Of a stretch of DNA of 62,727 nt, positions 10,652-19,991 are shown piece after piece. The stretch is taken from contig JADHWM010000002.1 in NCBI GenBank assembly GCA_016783485.1, positions 1 through 62,727 of the forward strand. Direction: 5' to 3'. Each line of letters starts with the position of its first letter. Within the stretch, counting starts at the first letter, position 1. A model generated the notes under the pieces. It was given only the letters and a program-made list of their open reading frames with translations. It was not told the DNA's origin and made no database searches. The translations under genes were made by a program, and so were the position numbers. The DNA is from Candidatus Bathyarchaeota archaeon. Lineage in GTDB: Archaea; Thermoproteota; Bathyarchaeia; TCS64.

Positions 10652-11548
10652 ATGGCGATAGACGGTCTCCTCGGCCTCCTCCGGGTCAGGCAGTGGTACA
10701 AGAACCTGTTAATCTTCCTGGGGCTGGTCTTCTCCTTCAACCTGACGAACTTCGACCTGTACCCCCCCTTCATCACGGGCTACGTTCTCCTGTGCCTAGT
10801 TTCAGGGGCGAACTATGCGATCAACGACATTGTTGACCGGGATAAGGACGCAAGTCATCCGGAGAAGAAAAACAGGCCTCTGCCCTCCGGGCGGGCCTCT
10901 CTCAATGAGGCTTACGGGCTGATCGCCGTCCTCCTAGTTGTGTCATTCGTCGGGGGCTACTACCTGAACACGAAGTTCGCGATACTCTTGGGGCTGCTGT
11001 TCCTGACGAGCCAATTCTACAACCTTGTGGCGAGGAAGGTCGTCGTCCTCGACCTGATCGTGATCTCCTCGAACTATATCTGGAGGGCCCTCACCGGGAT
11101 AGCCCTGTTGAAGGGTATCCCGCACCCCCCCGTGTCCCTGTGGTTCATCTTCGGAGTCTTCTTCGTGGCCCTGCTCCTGGCAGCGGGGAAGAGGAGGGGG
11201 GAGCATGCTTTCCTGGGGGATCGCGCGGGCGAGTTCAGGGGCACTCTCCAGAGTTACTCTCCCGCGATGCTGGATAACCTGATCAACGTCTTCAGCGCCA
11301 TCACGATTCTGTTCTACACGATGTATTGCGTCAACGCTCCCATCGGGGACTCTAGGCTCATGGTCACCATCCCTGTCGTGGTCTTCATCATCGGGCGGTA
11401 CCTCTACATCGTCTACAACAAGAATCAGAATGTGATGGACTCGAGCAGGCTCCTCGATGACCGCCCCCTGCTCCTGGGGGTGGCTCTCTGGATATTCACC
11501 GTCATGATACTGCTCTACACCCCGTTGTACGCGAGCGTCTTCCCATGA
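10652..11548 (+). CDS. UbiA-superfamily prenyl-phosphate phosphoribosyltransferase-like protein (DPPR synthase branch)
   Basis: LLRVRQWYKNLLIF and NYAINDIVDRDKDASHPEKKNRPLPSG (NDxxDxxxD); polytopic membrane protein. Confidence 0.85.
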   Translation: MAIDGLLGLLRVRQWYKNLLIFLGLVFSFNLTNFDLYPPFITGYVLLCLVSGANYAINDIVDRDKDASHPEKKNRPLPSGRASLNEAYGLIAVLLVVSFVGGYYLNTKFAILLGLLFLTSQFYNLVARKVVVLDLIVISSNYIWRALTGIALLKGIPHPPVSLWFIFGVFFVALLLAAGKRRGEHAFLGDRAGEFRGTLQSYSPAMLDNLINVFSAITILFYTMYCVNAPIGDSRLMVTIPVVVFIIGRYLYIVYNKNQNVMDSSRLLDDRPLLLGVALWIFTVMILLYTPLYASVFP

Positions 11549-12579
11549 TACTGATAACCGGCGGCTCGGGTTACCTCGGGAGCCACCTCGCGAGGCGTCT
11601 CCTCGCGGAGGGGGAGGATGTCCGGATTCTGGACTTGGTGGATCCCCCCGGGGGACTCGCGTCTGAGGTGGAGTTCGTCGGGGTGGACGTTCGGGACTTC
11701 GAAGCCGTGGCGGAATCATGCACAGGCGTGGAGGCCATTTTTCACACGGCGGCGTCTGTGCCGATATCCAAGGCGGGGAAGGGGTTCAACGAGGTGAACG
11801 TGGAGGGGACGAGGAATGTGCTGGAGGCGGCTCTCCGGCTCGAGCATAGACCCCAAGTCATTCACATCTCCTCGAGCGCCATATACGGGGTGCCGGAGAG
11901 GAACCCGATCGACGAGGAGACTCCCTTCGCCCCGCTGGGGGAGTACGGCCGGTCTAAGGTTGAGGCTGAGAGGCTCTGCCAGATGTACTCCTCGGAGCAC
12001 GGTCTCAGGACCTGCATCATAAGGCCCCGGGGCATCCTCGGCGGAGCCATGAGGCTGGGGATCTTCGGCATCCTCTTCGACTGGATCCGGGACGGTAAGA
12101 GGGTTTACCTCATCGGGAAAGGGGAGAATCTGTACCAGTTCCTCAACATCCACGATCTTGTGGACGCATGCGTTCTCGCATGGAGGAAGAAGGCTACGGG
12201 GGCGTTCTGCATAGGCTCGGACGACTATTTGATGGTCAAGGATCTACTGGGTGAGCTGATAGACTACGCAGGAACCGGGGCAGGTCTCGTTCCGATAAAC
12301 AAGACCCTCGCGAAGAACGCTTTGAAAGCCTTGGACTGGCTGAATCTCTCTCCCCTCGTGGGCTGGCACTACCTGGGGGGCGGGGAAGACTTTTACTACG
12401 ACTGCAGCGAGGCGAAGAGGGTCCTGGGTTGGAGCCCGGTGCACAGCGATCTCGAGTCCTTGAAGGAGTCGTACAATTGGTTCCTGGAGCATTACGGGGA
12501 AGAGGCCGGGAGGACCGGCGTGACTCACCGCCAGACGCCCAGCCAGGGGCTGTTGAAAATTCTGAAGTGGCTCTCATAA
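11545..12579 (+). CDS. NAD-dependent epimerase/dehydratase (extended SDR)
   Basis: ILITGGSGYLGSHL Rossmann motif; YGRSK catalytic YxxxK; ATGA overlap with the UbiA gene. Confidence 0.85.
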   Translation: MILITGGSGYLGSHLARRLLAEGEDVRILDLVDPPGGLASEVEFVGVDVRDFEAVAESCTGVEAIFHTAASVPISKAGKGFNEVNVEGTRNVLEAALRLEHRPQVIHISSSAIYGVPERNPIDEETPFAPLGEYGRSKVEAERLCQMYSSEHGLRTCIIRPRGILGGAMRLGIFGILFDWIRDGKRVYLIGKGENLYQFLNIHDLVDACVLAWRKKATGAFCIGSDDYLMVKDLLGELIDYAGTGAGLVPINKTLAKNALKALDWLNLSPLVGWHYLGGGEDFYYDCSEAKRVLGWSPVHSDLESLKESYNWFLEHYGEEAGRTGVTHRQTPSQGLLKILKWLS

Positions 12580-12595
12580 GCGAACTTGATAGGCC

Positions 12596-13252
12596 ATGAT
12601 AATCGATCTCCACATCCACACCAAGTATTCGGGCGACTCCAGCAACGATCCGGTCGAGTTGGTCAAGGCGGCCAAGGCGAAGGGCCTGGACGGCATAGCG
12701 GTGACTGACCACGATTCCGTGAAGGCCTGGGAGCATTTCCCCGAGGACGACGACTTCACCATCATCCAGGGGATTGAGCGGACGACCGATCACGGCTCCG
12801 TCATCGGGCTATTCCTGACCGAGGGGATCGAAGCCCGGGGTTTCTGGGAGGCCGTCGAAGAGATCAAGAGCCAGGACGGGATCGTGGTGCTTCCCCACCC
12901 CTGCGACGCCCTCAGGAGGGACACCCCCAAGATCGGGAGCCTCGACGAGAGCCTCCTCAGGGCTAGAGTAGACGCCGTGGAGGTGTTCAACTCTAGGTGT
13001 GTTTTGGGCCAATTCAACGAGAACGCCGAGAAACTTGCAGCAGATCTGGGCAGGCACCGGGTGGGGGGCAGCGACGCCCACACCCTAGGCGAGGTGGGTA
13101 ACACTCGAACACTCTTCGACTGCGACTCCCTCAACGAGATCCATATCCAGTTGAAGAGGAGAGCCCCCATCAACACGGTCATCCAGGGGAGCCTGTCGAG
13201 TAGACTCGTCCATTTATCCTCGTTCCTTAACCGGATGAAGGGTAAAGAGTAG
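12596..13252 (+). CDS. PHP-domain metal-dependent phosphoesterase
   Basis: IIDLHIHTKYSGDS, GIAVTDHDS, LPHPCD, GGSDAH motifs. Confidence 0.8.
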   Translation: MIIDLHIHTKYSGDSSNDPVELVKAAKAKGLDGIAVTDHDSVKAWEHFPEDDDFTIIQGIERTTDHGSVIGLFLTEGIEARGFWEAVEEIKSQDGIVVLPHPCDALRRDTPKIGSLDESLLRARVDAVEVFNSRCVLGQFNENAEKLAADLGRHRVGGSDAHTLGEVGNTRTLFDCDSLNEIHIQLKRRAPINTVIQGSLSSRLVHLSSFLNRMKGKE

Positions 13253-13274
13253 CAGAGGGCGCAGGAGGAACGCT

Positions 13275-14273
13275 TTGGACGAGCTCATAGGCTTCGGGCG
13301 GGTCAACGACTTCTCCACATTCGTGTTGAGGGCCAGCCTGGCGAGGCGCTTCGGTTTGTTCGGCGAGATACCGATGTGGGGAGGGATCAAACTGCACGAG
13401 TTCTACCCGCCGCTCTCCACGATGCTGGTGCAGTTTCTCACGATGCGGGGGGCGCTGCTGCTCTACCTCGTGTCCACCCTCGTCGCTTGGAGCTACGGAA
13501 GGGGACCCATATTCGCAGTGCTCTACTTGGCCAGCTTCTTCCACGTGTTCCACATGCTGGAGAACGGGCGATTCGCCGAGTTCCTCGGGTACACCCTCGT
13601 TGTCTCGGCCTGGTTCATCGACAGCGGCATCTTCTCGGGGATACTTTTCGGGCTCGCGGCCATGTCCCATCCCCTGGGGTTCTTCGTGGGCTTCGCCCTG
13701 ATGGCGTTGAAGATGGATCTCACGCCCTTCCTGGTGGCGTTCCCGCTGTGCGGATGGTGGTACACCATCTTCCTGATCCAGAGGAAGCGGCTCTCATATC
13801 TCATGGAGGAGCGCCCCGACAAGTTCCTCGGGATATACTTTGCCTCATATCTCAGCGTAGCAAATCTTCTCCTCTTCCTATTCGCGCCCCTCTGGCTGTG
13901 CGCCGTCGTAACGATAGCGATCTGGCTGCTCCCCGTCTCCCTCAGGGGCAACTATAGCAAGCCCACGATAAGTTTCCCCCAGATCGAGGCGAGGATCAGA
14001 TACTTCATCAAGGCGCTCAGGACTCCCGTGTATCTGTCGGAGATCAAAGAGATCCTGCCGGGGCTCGACGACATCGAGGAGTCCCCCGTGATGATCAAGG
14101 AGCATGATTATGCGAGCTCCTTCAACGAGCTCGTATGGGCGAGCGCCACATACCTGATGGACAGGGGCGTCGTGGTCTACAACGGGTTGCCCTCGACGGA
14201 GGTGCCCAGGGAAAACCTTGAGCTAACTTTAGCTAGTAATATCCCAAGATTCACCATTGAAGACCTAAAATAG
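13275..14273 (+). CDS. Polytopic membrane protein, unknown function
   Basis: Multiple hydrophobic helices followed by a ~100-aa soluble tail; TTG start uncertain. Confidence 0.6.
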   Translation: MDELIGFGRVNDFSTFVLRASLARRFGLFGEIPMWGGIKLHEFYPPLSTMLVQFLTMRGALLLYLVSTLVAWSYGRGPIFAVLYLASFFHVFHMLENGRFAEFLGYTLVVSAWFIDSGIFSGILFGLAAMSHPLGFFVGFALMALKMDLTPFLVAFPLCGWWYTIFLIQRKRLSYLMEERPDKFLGIYFASYLSVANLLLFLFAPLWLCAVVTIAIWLLPVSLRGNYSKPTISFPQIEARIRYFIKALRTPVYLSEIKEILPGLDDIEESPVMIKEHDYASSFNELVWASATYLMDRGVVVYNGLPSTEVPRENLELTLASNIPRFTIEDLK

Positions 14274-14319
14274 CATTGTTTTTCAGGGAGCATTCAAGCA
14301 AATAACCGAGACTCCAAGG

Positions 14320-15369
14320 ATGACTGAGAGAACGCTGGTCACGGGGGCGAGCGGCTGGCTTGGGAACCGGCTGTGCCAGACCCTAGGGGAGCGAGGAAGG
14401 GACATCAGAGCCATGGTAATCCCCGAACACAGGGAGCACCCCGACATACTGAGGCTCCGGGAAAATTTACCGGCCGGCTCCTTGGAGGTAGCCGTGGGCG
14501 ACGTCAGGGACCCCGAGTCCCTCGATGAAGCGTGCAGGGACATCGACACCGTCTTCCACACCGTGGGGGTCATCCACCCCCGGAACGCCAAGGCGTTCTA
14601 CGAGATCAACGCCGAGGGCACCCGGAACACCGTCGAGGCGTGCGAGAGGATGGGTGTGAGGCGGGTCATCTACGTCAGCAGCAACGCCGCCCAGGGGTTC
14701 AACAGGGTCTACGAGGAGAGGGATGGCGTAAGGGTTCCCGTTTCCCTCACCGAGGAGATGCCCTGCCACCCCGAGAGCGATTACGGTAGGAGCAAGTTGC
14801 AGGCCGAGGGGATAGTGAACGGAGCGCACGAAGAGCACGGCATCGAGACCGTCATCATACGCCCCCCCATGTACTACGGCCCCAGGCTCCCCGAGAGGAC
14901 CCAGCGGCTCTACAACATGATCAAAGGAGGCCTCCCCATCGTCGGGGGAGTCCCCGTCTTCGGCGGAGGGAACGTCTACCGGAGCGTCGTCTACATCGAC
15001 AACGTCTGCGAGGCCCTCCTCCTAGCCGAGACCAGCGGAAAAGCCGACGGAGAGACCTACTGGGTCGCCGACGACGGCATGATAACCTGGAGGGATTATC
15101 TGGAGGTCGTCGCATCCAAGCTCGATGTCGAACTCAGCCTCTTCAGCCTCCCCCTCTTCGTGGCCAAGGCGCTGGAGATGGGAGACAAGGCGACCGGCTG
15201 GATCGGGATGTACCAACAGCTGTTCCACGTGCTCGGCGAGATGGGGCGGGACTGCATCTGCAGCATCGAGAAGGCGAAGCGTGATCTGGGCTACAGGGCG
15301 AAGGTTAGCACCGAAGATGGCATTGGGAGGGCCGTGGAATGGATGAGAGAGAACGACCTGGTGGCGTGA
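14320..15369 (+). CDS. NAD-dependent epimerase/dehydratase (extended SDR)
   Basis: LVTGASGWLGNRL; SDYGRSKLQAE (YxxxK). Confidence 0.85.
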   Translation: MTERTLVTGASGWLGNRLCQTLGERGRDIRAMVIPEHREHPDILRLRENLPAGSLEVAVGDVRDPESLDEACRDIDTVFHTVGVIHPRNAKAFYEINAEGTRNTVEACERMGVRRVIYVSSNAAQGFNRVYEERDGVRVPVSLTEEMPCHPESDYGRSKLQAEGIVNGAHEEHGIETVIIRPPMYYGPRLPERTQRLYNMIKGGLPIVGGVPVFGGGNVYRSVVYIDNVCEALLLAETSGKADGETYWVADDGMITWRDYLEVVASKLDVELSLFSLPLFVAKALEMGDKATGWIGMYQQLFHVLGEMGRDCICSIEKAKRDLGYRAKVSTEDGIGRAVEWMRENDLVA

Positions 15370-15375
15370 TGTTGA

Positions 15376-16470
15376 ATGTCTGAGTTTCTGAGGGTCTGGT
15401 GGGCGAATCTCAATCGCATCCTCCTCCTGCTTAGGGTGAAGGGGCTCAGGTACACCTGGAACCGGATCCACTTCAACATCTTCTACTACTCCAAGAACCC
15501 CATAGTGATCAGGCTCCTGCCCTTCCTGGTGAAGTATCCCCCCTACATCGAGCTGGAGGTGACCTCCCGGTGCGCCTTCAGATGCGTCATGTGCGAGCAC
15601 ACCTACTGGGACGAGCCCGAGGTGGACGTCTCCTACGAGGAGTTCAGGGAGGTCGTCGACGAGTTCCCCGGGCTCAAGTGGATCGGCCTCTTCGGGATCG
15701 GGGAGCCCTTCCTCAACAGGGACTATATGAAGATGGTCCGCCACCTCAAGGAGGAAGGGGTCTACATCGAGATCTACGACACCTTCTACTACACAGACGA
15801 CGCCCTCGCCAAGGAGCTCGTGGAGCTGGAGTTTGACAGGATGTTCGTCTCCCTCGACGCCGCGACCAAGGAGACCTACGAGGCGATCCGGATCGGCTCC
15901 AACTTCGATCGTGTGGTGGAGAACGTGAGGAACTTCGTGCGGGTCAAGAACGAGTCGGGCTCCATATTCCCCGACTTTCTCTTCCACTTCGTGATGATGG
16001 AGAACAACGTCCACGAGATGCCCGCCTACGTCGACCTCGTCCACTCCATCTGCGGCGACCAGGGGGTCATCCAGTTCTCGGACCTCCTCCACGAGTTCGA
16101 GGAGATCAAGCACCTCGCCACCGAGGTCCCCCCGGAGATCGTGGAGGCCACTAAGAGGCGTGCCGAGGAGCGGGGGGTCTCGATAGCATGGAACTGGAAC
16201 ACCGAGAGGGAGAAGCCCCCCATTCAGCGGTGCACCGCATGGATCATGCCCTACATCTTCGTGAGCGGCCACGTCATTCCCTGCTGCGTCGGGAACGAGG
16301 CGAACCAGAGGGAACTCCAGAAGAAGCTGAGCCTGGGCAACGTCAACGAGAATAGCTTCAAGGAGATATGGGACTCCCCCGAGTACAAGCGGTTCCGAGC
16401 GATGATCAGGCGGGGGGAGACCCCTCCCCAGTGCAGGGACTGTGGAGTCTTCGCGGTGGACAAGGAATGA
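15376..16470 (+). CDS. Radical SAM enzyme with SPASM/twitch-like C-terminal Cys cluster (1 of 3)
   Basis: CxxxCxxC in EVTSRCAFRCVMCEH; GIGEPFLN; C-terminal CTAWIMPYIFVSGHVIPCCVGN...PPQCRDCGVF. Confidence 0.85.
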   Translation: MSEFLRVWWANLNRILLLLRVKGLRYTWNRIHFNIFYYSKNPIVIRLLPFLVKYPPYIELEVTSRCAFRCVMCEHTYWDEPEVDVSYEEFREVVDEFPGLKWIGLFGIGEPFLNRDYMKMVRHLKEEGVYIEIYDTFYYTDDALAKELVELEFDRMFVSLDAATKETYEAIRIGSNFDRVVENVRNFVRVKNESGSIFPDFLFHFVMMENNVHEMPAYVDLVHSICGDQGVIQFSDLLHEFEEIKHLATEVPPEIVEATKRRAEERGVSIAWNWNTEREKPPIQRCTAWIMPYIFVSGHVIPCCVGNEANQRELQKKLSLGNVNENSFKEIWDSPEYKRFRAMIRRGETPPQCRDCGVFAVDKE

Positions 16471-16498
16471 TGGATGAACCGACGGGGAAGCCTGTGAA

Positions 16499-17467
16499 AT
16501 GCTGAAAGACATCCTCCTGCAGCTCCAACCCGAGTTCTATAGGCCCACATTAGCCCGTCTCATCGTCACCCATAACTGCCCCCTGAAATGTCAGATGTGC
16601 TCCTTCTGGCACGAGTGGAAACAGGACCCCACGACGGAGGATCTCAAAGCATGGATCAAGGAGCTCGTTGATTTCGGCGTCGAGGACATCAGCCTCGGGG
16701 GCGGGGAGCCCTTCATCAGGAAGGATCTGACCGAACTCGTCGAGGAGATCCATTCATATGGCATCACCTGCGGCGTCACCACGAGCGGATGGATAGAAAA
16801 GGACCCCTTCCCCCCCGTGGACCGGGTGGAGGTCTCCATCGACGGGGCGAAGCCGGAGACCCACGACAAGATCCGGGGCATGGAGGGCTCCTGGGAGAAG
16901 GCTGTGGGCCTAGTGAAACGGCTCAAGGAGATGGGGAAGATCAACCAGATCAACTTCGTCCTCCAGAGAGACAACTACCTGGAGCTCGAGGAATACACCA
17001 AGATGGCAAAATCCCTCGGGGTCAAGGCCTCGATTATCCCCATCAGCCTGGACCTAGTGGCCCAGCCCCGCCTCGACGGCGGCCTCGCCGAGATAGACCC
17101 CGTGCTGCTGAGGGACCAGATCGAGAAGGCCTACGCCGTGGGCAACGTCGCGACCTCCCGGGAGTTCATCGAGTTCTGGCTGGCCAAGGCGAACCAAGAG
17201 GAGACCCGCACCCGGTGCCTCGCCCCCAACGTCGAGATACTCGTCTTCGCCACCGGGGACGTGTACCCCTGCGGGAACATCCAGAAGCCGGTGGGCAACC
17301 TGAGGGAGGCCTCCTTGGAGAACATTTACAGGGGTTACAGGGAGAGAAGGAAGGAGATCAGGGAGGGCTCATATTCCGCATGCGACGAGTGCATCTACCC
17401 CGACATCATCTTCGCCAGGGGATTCTGGCAGAACACGGAGCGTTTGTTCAAGAGGGTGCTTCCGTGA
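16499..17467 (+). CDS. Radical SAM enzyme with SPASM/twitch-like C-terminal Cys cluster (2 of 3)
   Basis: VTHNCPLKCQMCSFW; GGGEPFIR; C-terminal CLAPNVEILVFATGDVYPCGN...YSACDECIYP. Confidence 0.85.
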   Translation: MLKDILLQLQPEFYRPTLARLIVTHNCPLKCQMCSFWHEWKQDPTTEDLKAWIKELVDFGVEDISLGGGEPFIRKDLTELVEEIHSYGITCGVTTSGWIEKDPFPPVDRVEVSIDGAKPETHDKIRGMEGSWEKAVGLVKRLKEMGKINQINFVLQRDNYLELEEYTKMAKSLGVKASIIPISLDLVAQPRLDGGLAEIDPVLLRDQIEKAYAVGNVATSREFIEFWLAKANQEETRTRCLAPNVEILVFATGDVYPCGNIQKPVGNLREASLENIYRGYRERRKEIREGSYSACDECIYPDIIFARGFWQNTERLFKRVLP

Positions 17468-17509
17468 ATACACGAAAATCAGGCTCAATTCGATAGGGAA
17501 CGTGGATAG

Positions 17510-18652
17510 TTGTCCATTGGGAACCGGATCCTGAGAGGATTGTTCAACACAGGATTAGGGTATAGGAACCTCGTACGGTTCTACACCGTTTTCCCCCGCT
17601 TCCTCCCGTCGCACGTCCCCTGGGATCCCACGGGCCTCTCCGTCTGGGTCACCACGCAGTGCAACCTGCGATGCGAGTACTGCCTGAAGAGCGTGTCCGA
17701 CTCGGAGGACATCCTCCTGAGCGAGGAGACCTTCGAGAACATCGCCTCAAACGTCCGCGAGGGAATGAAAGTCACCTTCCTGGCGGAGGGTGAGCCCCTG
17801 ATCCACCCCGAGTTCCTCAATTTCATCCGCACCGTCAAGGAGAGAGGCGGCGAAGTGGACTTCAGCACCAACGGGATGCTCCTCACGAAAAAGAACATGA
17901 GCGAGATCGTGGATCTGGGCGTCGACGAGATCACCTTCAGCATCAACGGCATGTATGACACCCACGAACAGCTGTCCCCCGGATCGAACTTTGAGCGCAT
18001 CATGAACAACATCGGCGAGCTTCACGATCTAAAAGACGGGCGAGATGGGAAACCGGAGCTGGCCGTGTGTTTCATCGGTTCCACGAGGAACATCCATGAA
18101 CTCCCCGAACTCGTCGAGGCTCTCAGCCCGTACACGAAACTGATTCGGCTGAACAACCTGATACCCTGGACCCCCGAGATGTACGATGAGCACCTTAGCA
18201 ACGATGCGACCAGAACCCTGCAGATATTCGAGAAAAGCAGGAAGGTGGCAAGGGAGACGGGCGTCAACCTCATCATCAGGCCGCTGACGCCGAAGGTGGA
18301 GATATGCTGGGAGCCCTGGCTGAAACCCTACGTGGCCCACGACGGGTCGGTCATCCCCTGCTGCCTGGTCGGGGATCACTACTCCATCACCCCTGAGCCG
18401 AGCGAGTGGTTCGACAAGATAGAGACCCGCATGCTCCCGGAGACATACGTCATGGGGAATCTGAACGACACCAGCCTAGATGAGATTTGGAACAATCAGC
18501 AGTACAGGCGGTTCAGGAGAAGACTCTCCGAGGCGATAGCAGCCGACAGGAAGAGAGACTGGACCCTTCAGGAGTATTCGCGGCACCGAGAGGAACACAA
18601 GGACGACTTTTACTGCAAGACATGCACCCTCAGGTACGGACTGGTCTGCTGA
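17510..18652 (+). CDS. Radical SAM enzyme with SPASM/twitch-like C-terminal Cys cluster (3 of 3)
   Basis: VTTQCNLRCEYCLK; AEGEPLIH; C-terminal CWEPWLKPYVAHDGSVIPCCLVG...YCKTCTLRYGLVC. Confidence 0.85.
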   Translation: MSIGNRILRGLFNTGLGYRNLVRFYTVFPRFLPSHVPWDPTGLSVWVTTQCNLRCEYCLKSVSDSEDILLSEETFENIASNVREGMKVTFLAEGEPLIHPEFLNFIRTVKERGGEVDFSTNGMLLTKKNMSEIVDLGVDEITFSINGMYDTHEQLSPGSNFERIMNNIGELHDLKDGRDGKPELAVCFIGSTRNIHELPELVEALSPYTKLIRLNNLIPWTPEMYDEHLSNDATRTLQIFEKSRKVARETGVNLIIRPLTPKVEICWEPWLKPYVAHDGSVIPCCLVGDHYSITPEPSEWFDKIETRMLPETYVMGNLNDTSLDEIWNNQQYRRFRRRLSEAIAADRKRDWTLQEYSRHREEHKDDFYCKTCTLRYGLVC

Positions 18653-18689
18653 AACACCTCACATCAGAACGCCCTATCTCTCCTCTCCG

Positions 18690-19991
18690 ATGAACTCAAG
18701 TGAACTCAATCTGGGGTTCAAGATGAGCCCGGACGAAAACATAGATCAACTGATGAAGAAACACCTCGAACATGCCACCCGAAAGATGCTCGTTAGCATT
18801 GGCGAAGAAAAAATCAAGTCGATTATCCTGACCGGGAGCGTGACGAGGGGAGAAGGCTCAGGGATTGCGACCGATCACGGCATCGAGATATTCAGCGACT
18901 ACGACCTCATGGTCCTGGTGGCCCCGAGCCACGACTCCTCCATAGACCGGCTTCGACGAGAATCCGCTGCCCTCTCTGAAAAAATATCCGAAGAACTCTT
19001 GGGAGACGGCCTCCTCTCCGGAGTCAGCATATATCCTCTGAGCGTCGACGACTTGGAATCGCTGACTCCCACGATGTTCACGCTGCAGCTCAGAAACTGC
19101 GGGAAGGTGCTCTATGGTGCTGAATGCCTCGATGTCATCCCAGACTATGATGTCGAGGACATACCCAAGATCGATTCCCTCACGATGCTGAACAACAGGA
19201 TCGCCACCCAGATGAAGTTCCTCGACCCCGAGGTGTTCGTCTGGAAGACCAGGGAGGACCCTCGACAGGTCCGGATGTCCATCTACCATACGGCCATAGC
19301 CTTCATTGATTTGAGCAGCTCCCTCCTGAACCTCATCGGGAAATTCCAGCTGAGTTATGGAGAGAGAGCCGAGGTCTTCCAAAAGGAATTCCATAGATTT
19401 CCGTACCTGAAGGAGCAATGCCCCGATCTTCCAGAGGTGGTGGACTTCTTCACGAGGCTGAAATATGATCCTGATCTTCGCAGGGTCGCCGAGAGATACG
19501 GCTACGGATGCTCTGATGAAGAGCTTGTGGATGTCGCAGTCAAGGTTTGGCTCGAACTCCTCGACTACGTCAAGCCCGTTTGGGCTCATCATGTCAGGGA
19601 ACTATGCGATCCCGGTCCAGACGCTCATGATGTAAAAGATCTGGTGGAGGCTTTCTTCAGGTACGCCAACACTCTCGATTCTCGTCTGGTCTCCATCATC
19701 CATTATCTGAAGTCTAACAACTATTCTCTCGGCTCGATTCCCCGAAGCACAAGATTCTTATCCGCTTCTCTGCCGGCTGCGGTCTACTCCACACTGATAC
19801 TCCAGTATTACGCGACGCCCGGGATTCTAGAGAAAGAACACATTGACCGGGCCCCCCTCCTTTCAGACGCTCAAAAATACCTCAACAAACTCCCCCATGA
19901 GCAACCGCCGGGAATCTTTGAAAACCCCATCAAGCACTGGGACCGGATGAGGCGAGTCGGCTCAAAGATGTGGTCGAGATACATCGAGTGA
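18690..19991 (+). CDS. Pol-beta-superfamily nucleotidyltransferase-domain protein with large helical C-terminal region
   Basis: ILTGSVTRGEGSG...IFSDYDLMVLV matches the G[SG]-spacer-DxD NTase signature; the remainder is unassigned. Confidence 0.6.
   Translation: MNSSELNLGFKMSPDENIDQLMKKHLEHATRKMLVSIGEEKIKSIILTGSVTRGEGSGIATDHGIEIFSDYDLMVLVAPSHDSSIDRLRRESAALSEKISEELLGDGLLSGVSIYPLSVDDLESLTPTMFTLQLRNCGKVLYGAECLDVIPDYDVEDIPKIDSLTMLNNRIATQMKFLDPEVFVWKTREDPRQVRMSIYHTAIAFIDLSSSLLNLIGKFQLSYGERAEVFQKEFHRFPYLKEQCPDLPEVVDFFTRLKYDPDLRRVAERYGYGCSDEELVDVAVKVWLELLDYVKPVWAHHVRELCDPGPDAHDVKDLVEAFFRYANTLDSRLVSIIHYLKSNNYSLGSIPRSTRFLSASLPAAVYSTLILQYYATPGILEKEHIDRAPLLSDAQKYLNKLPHEQPPGIFENPIKHWDRMRRVGSKMWSRYIE

Noticed and set aside
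15022-16512. 496-aa minus-strand ORF spanning the SDR and first radical SAM genes
   Set aside because: It is antisense to two well-supported + strand genes. Its composition (runs of L, V, D, E, G, P, H with no motifs) is typical of a shadow frame in GC-rich coding DNA.
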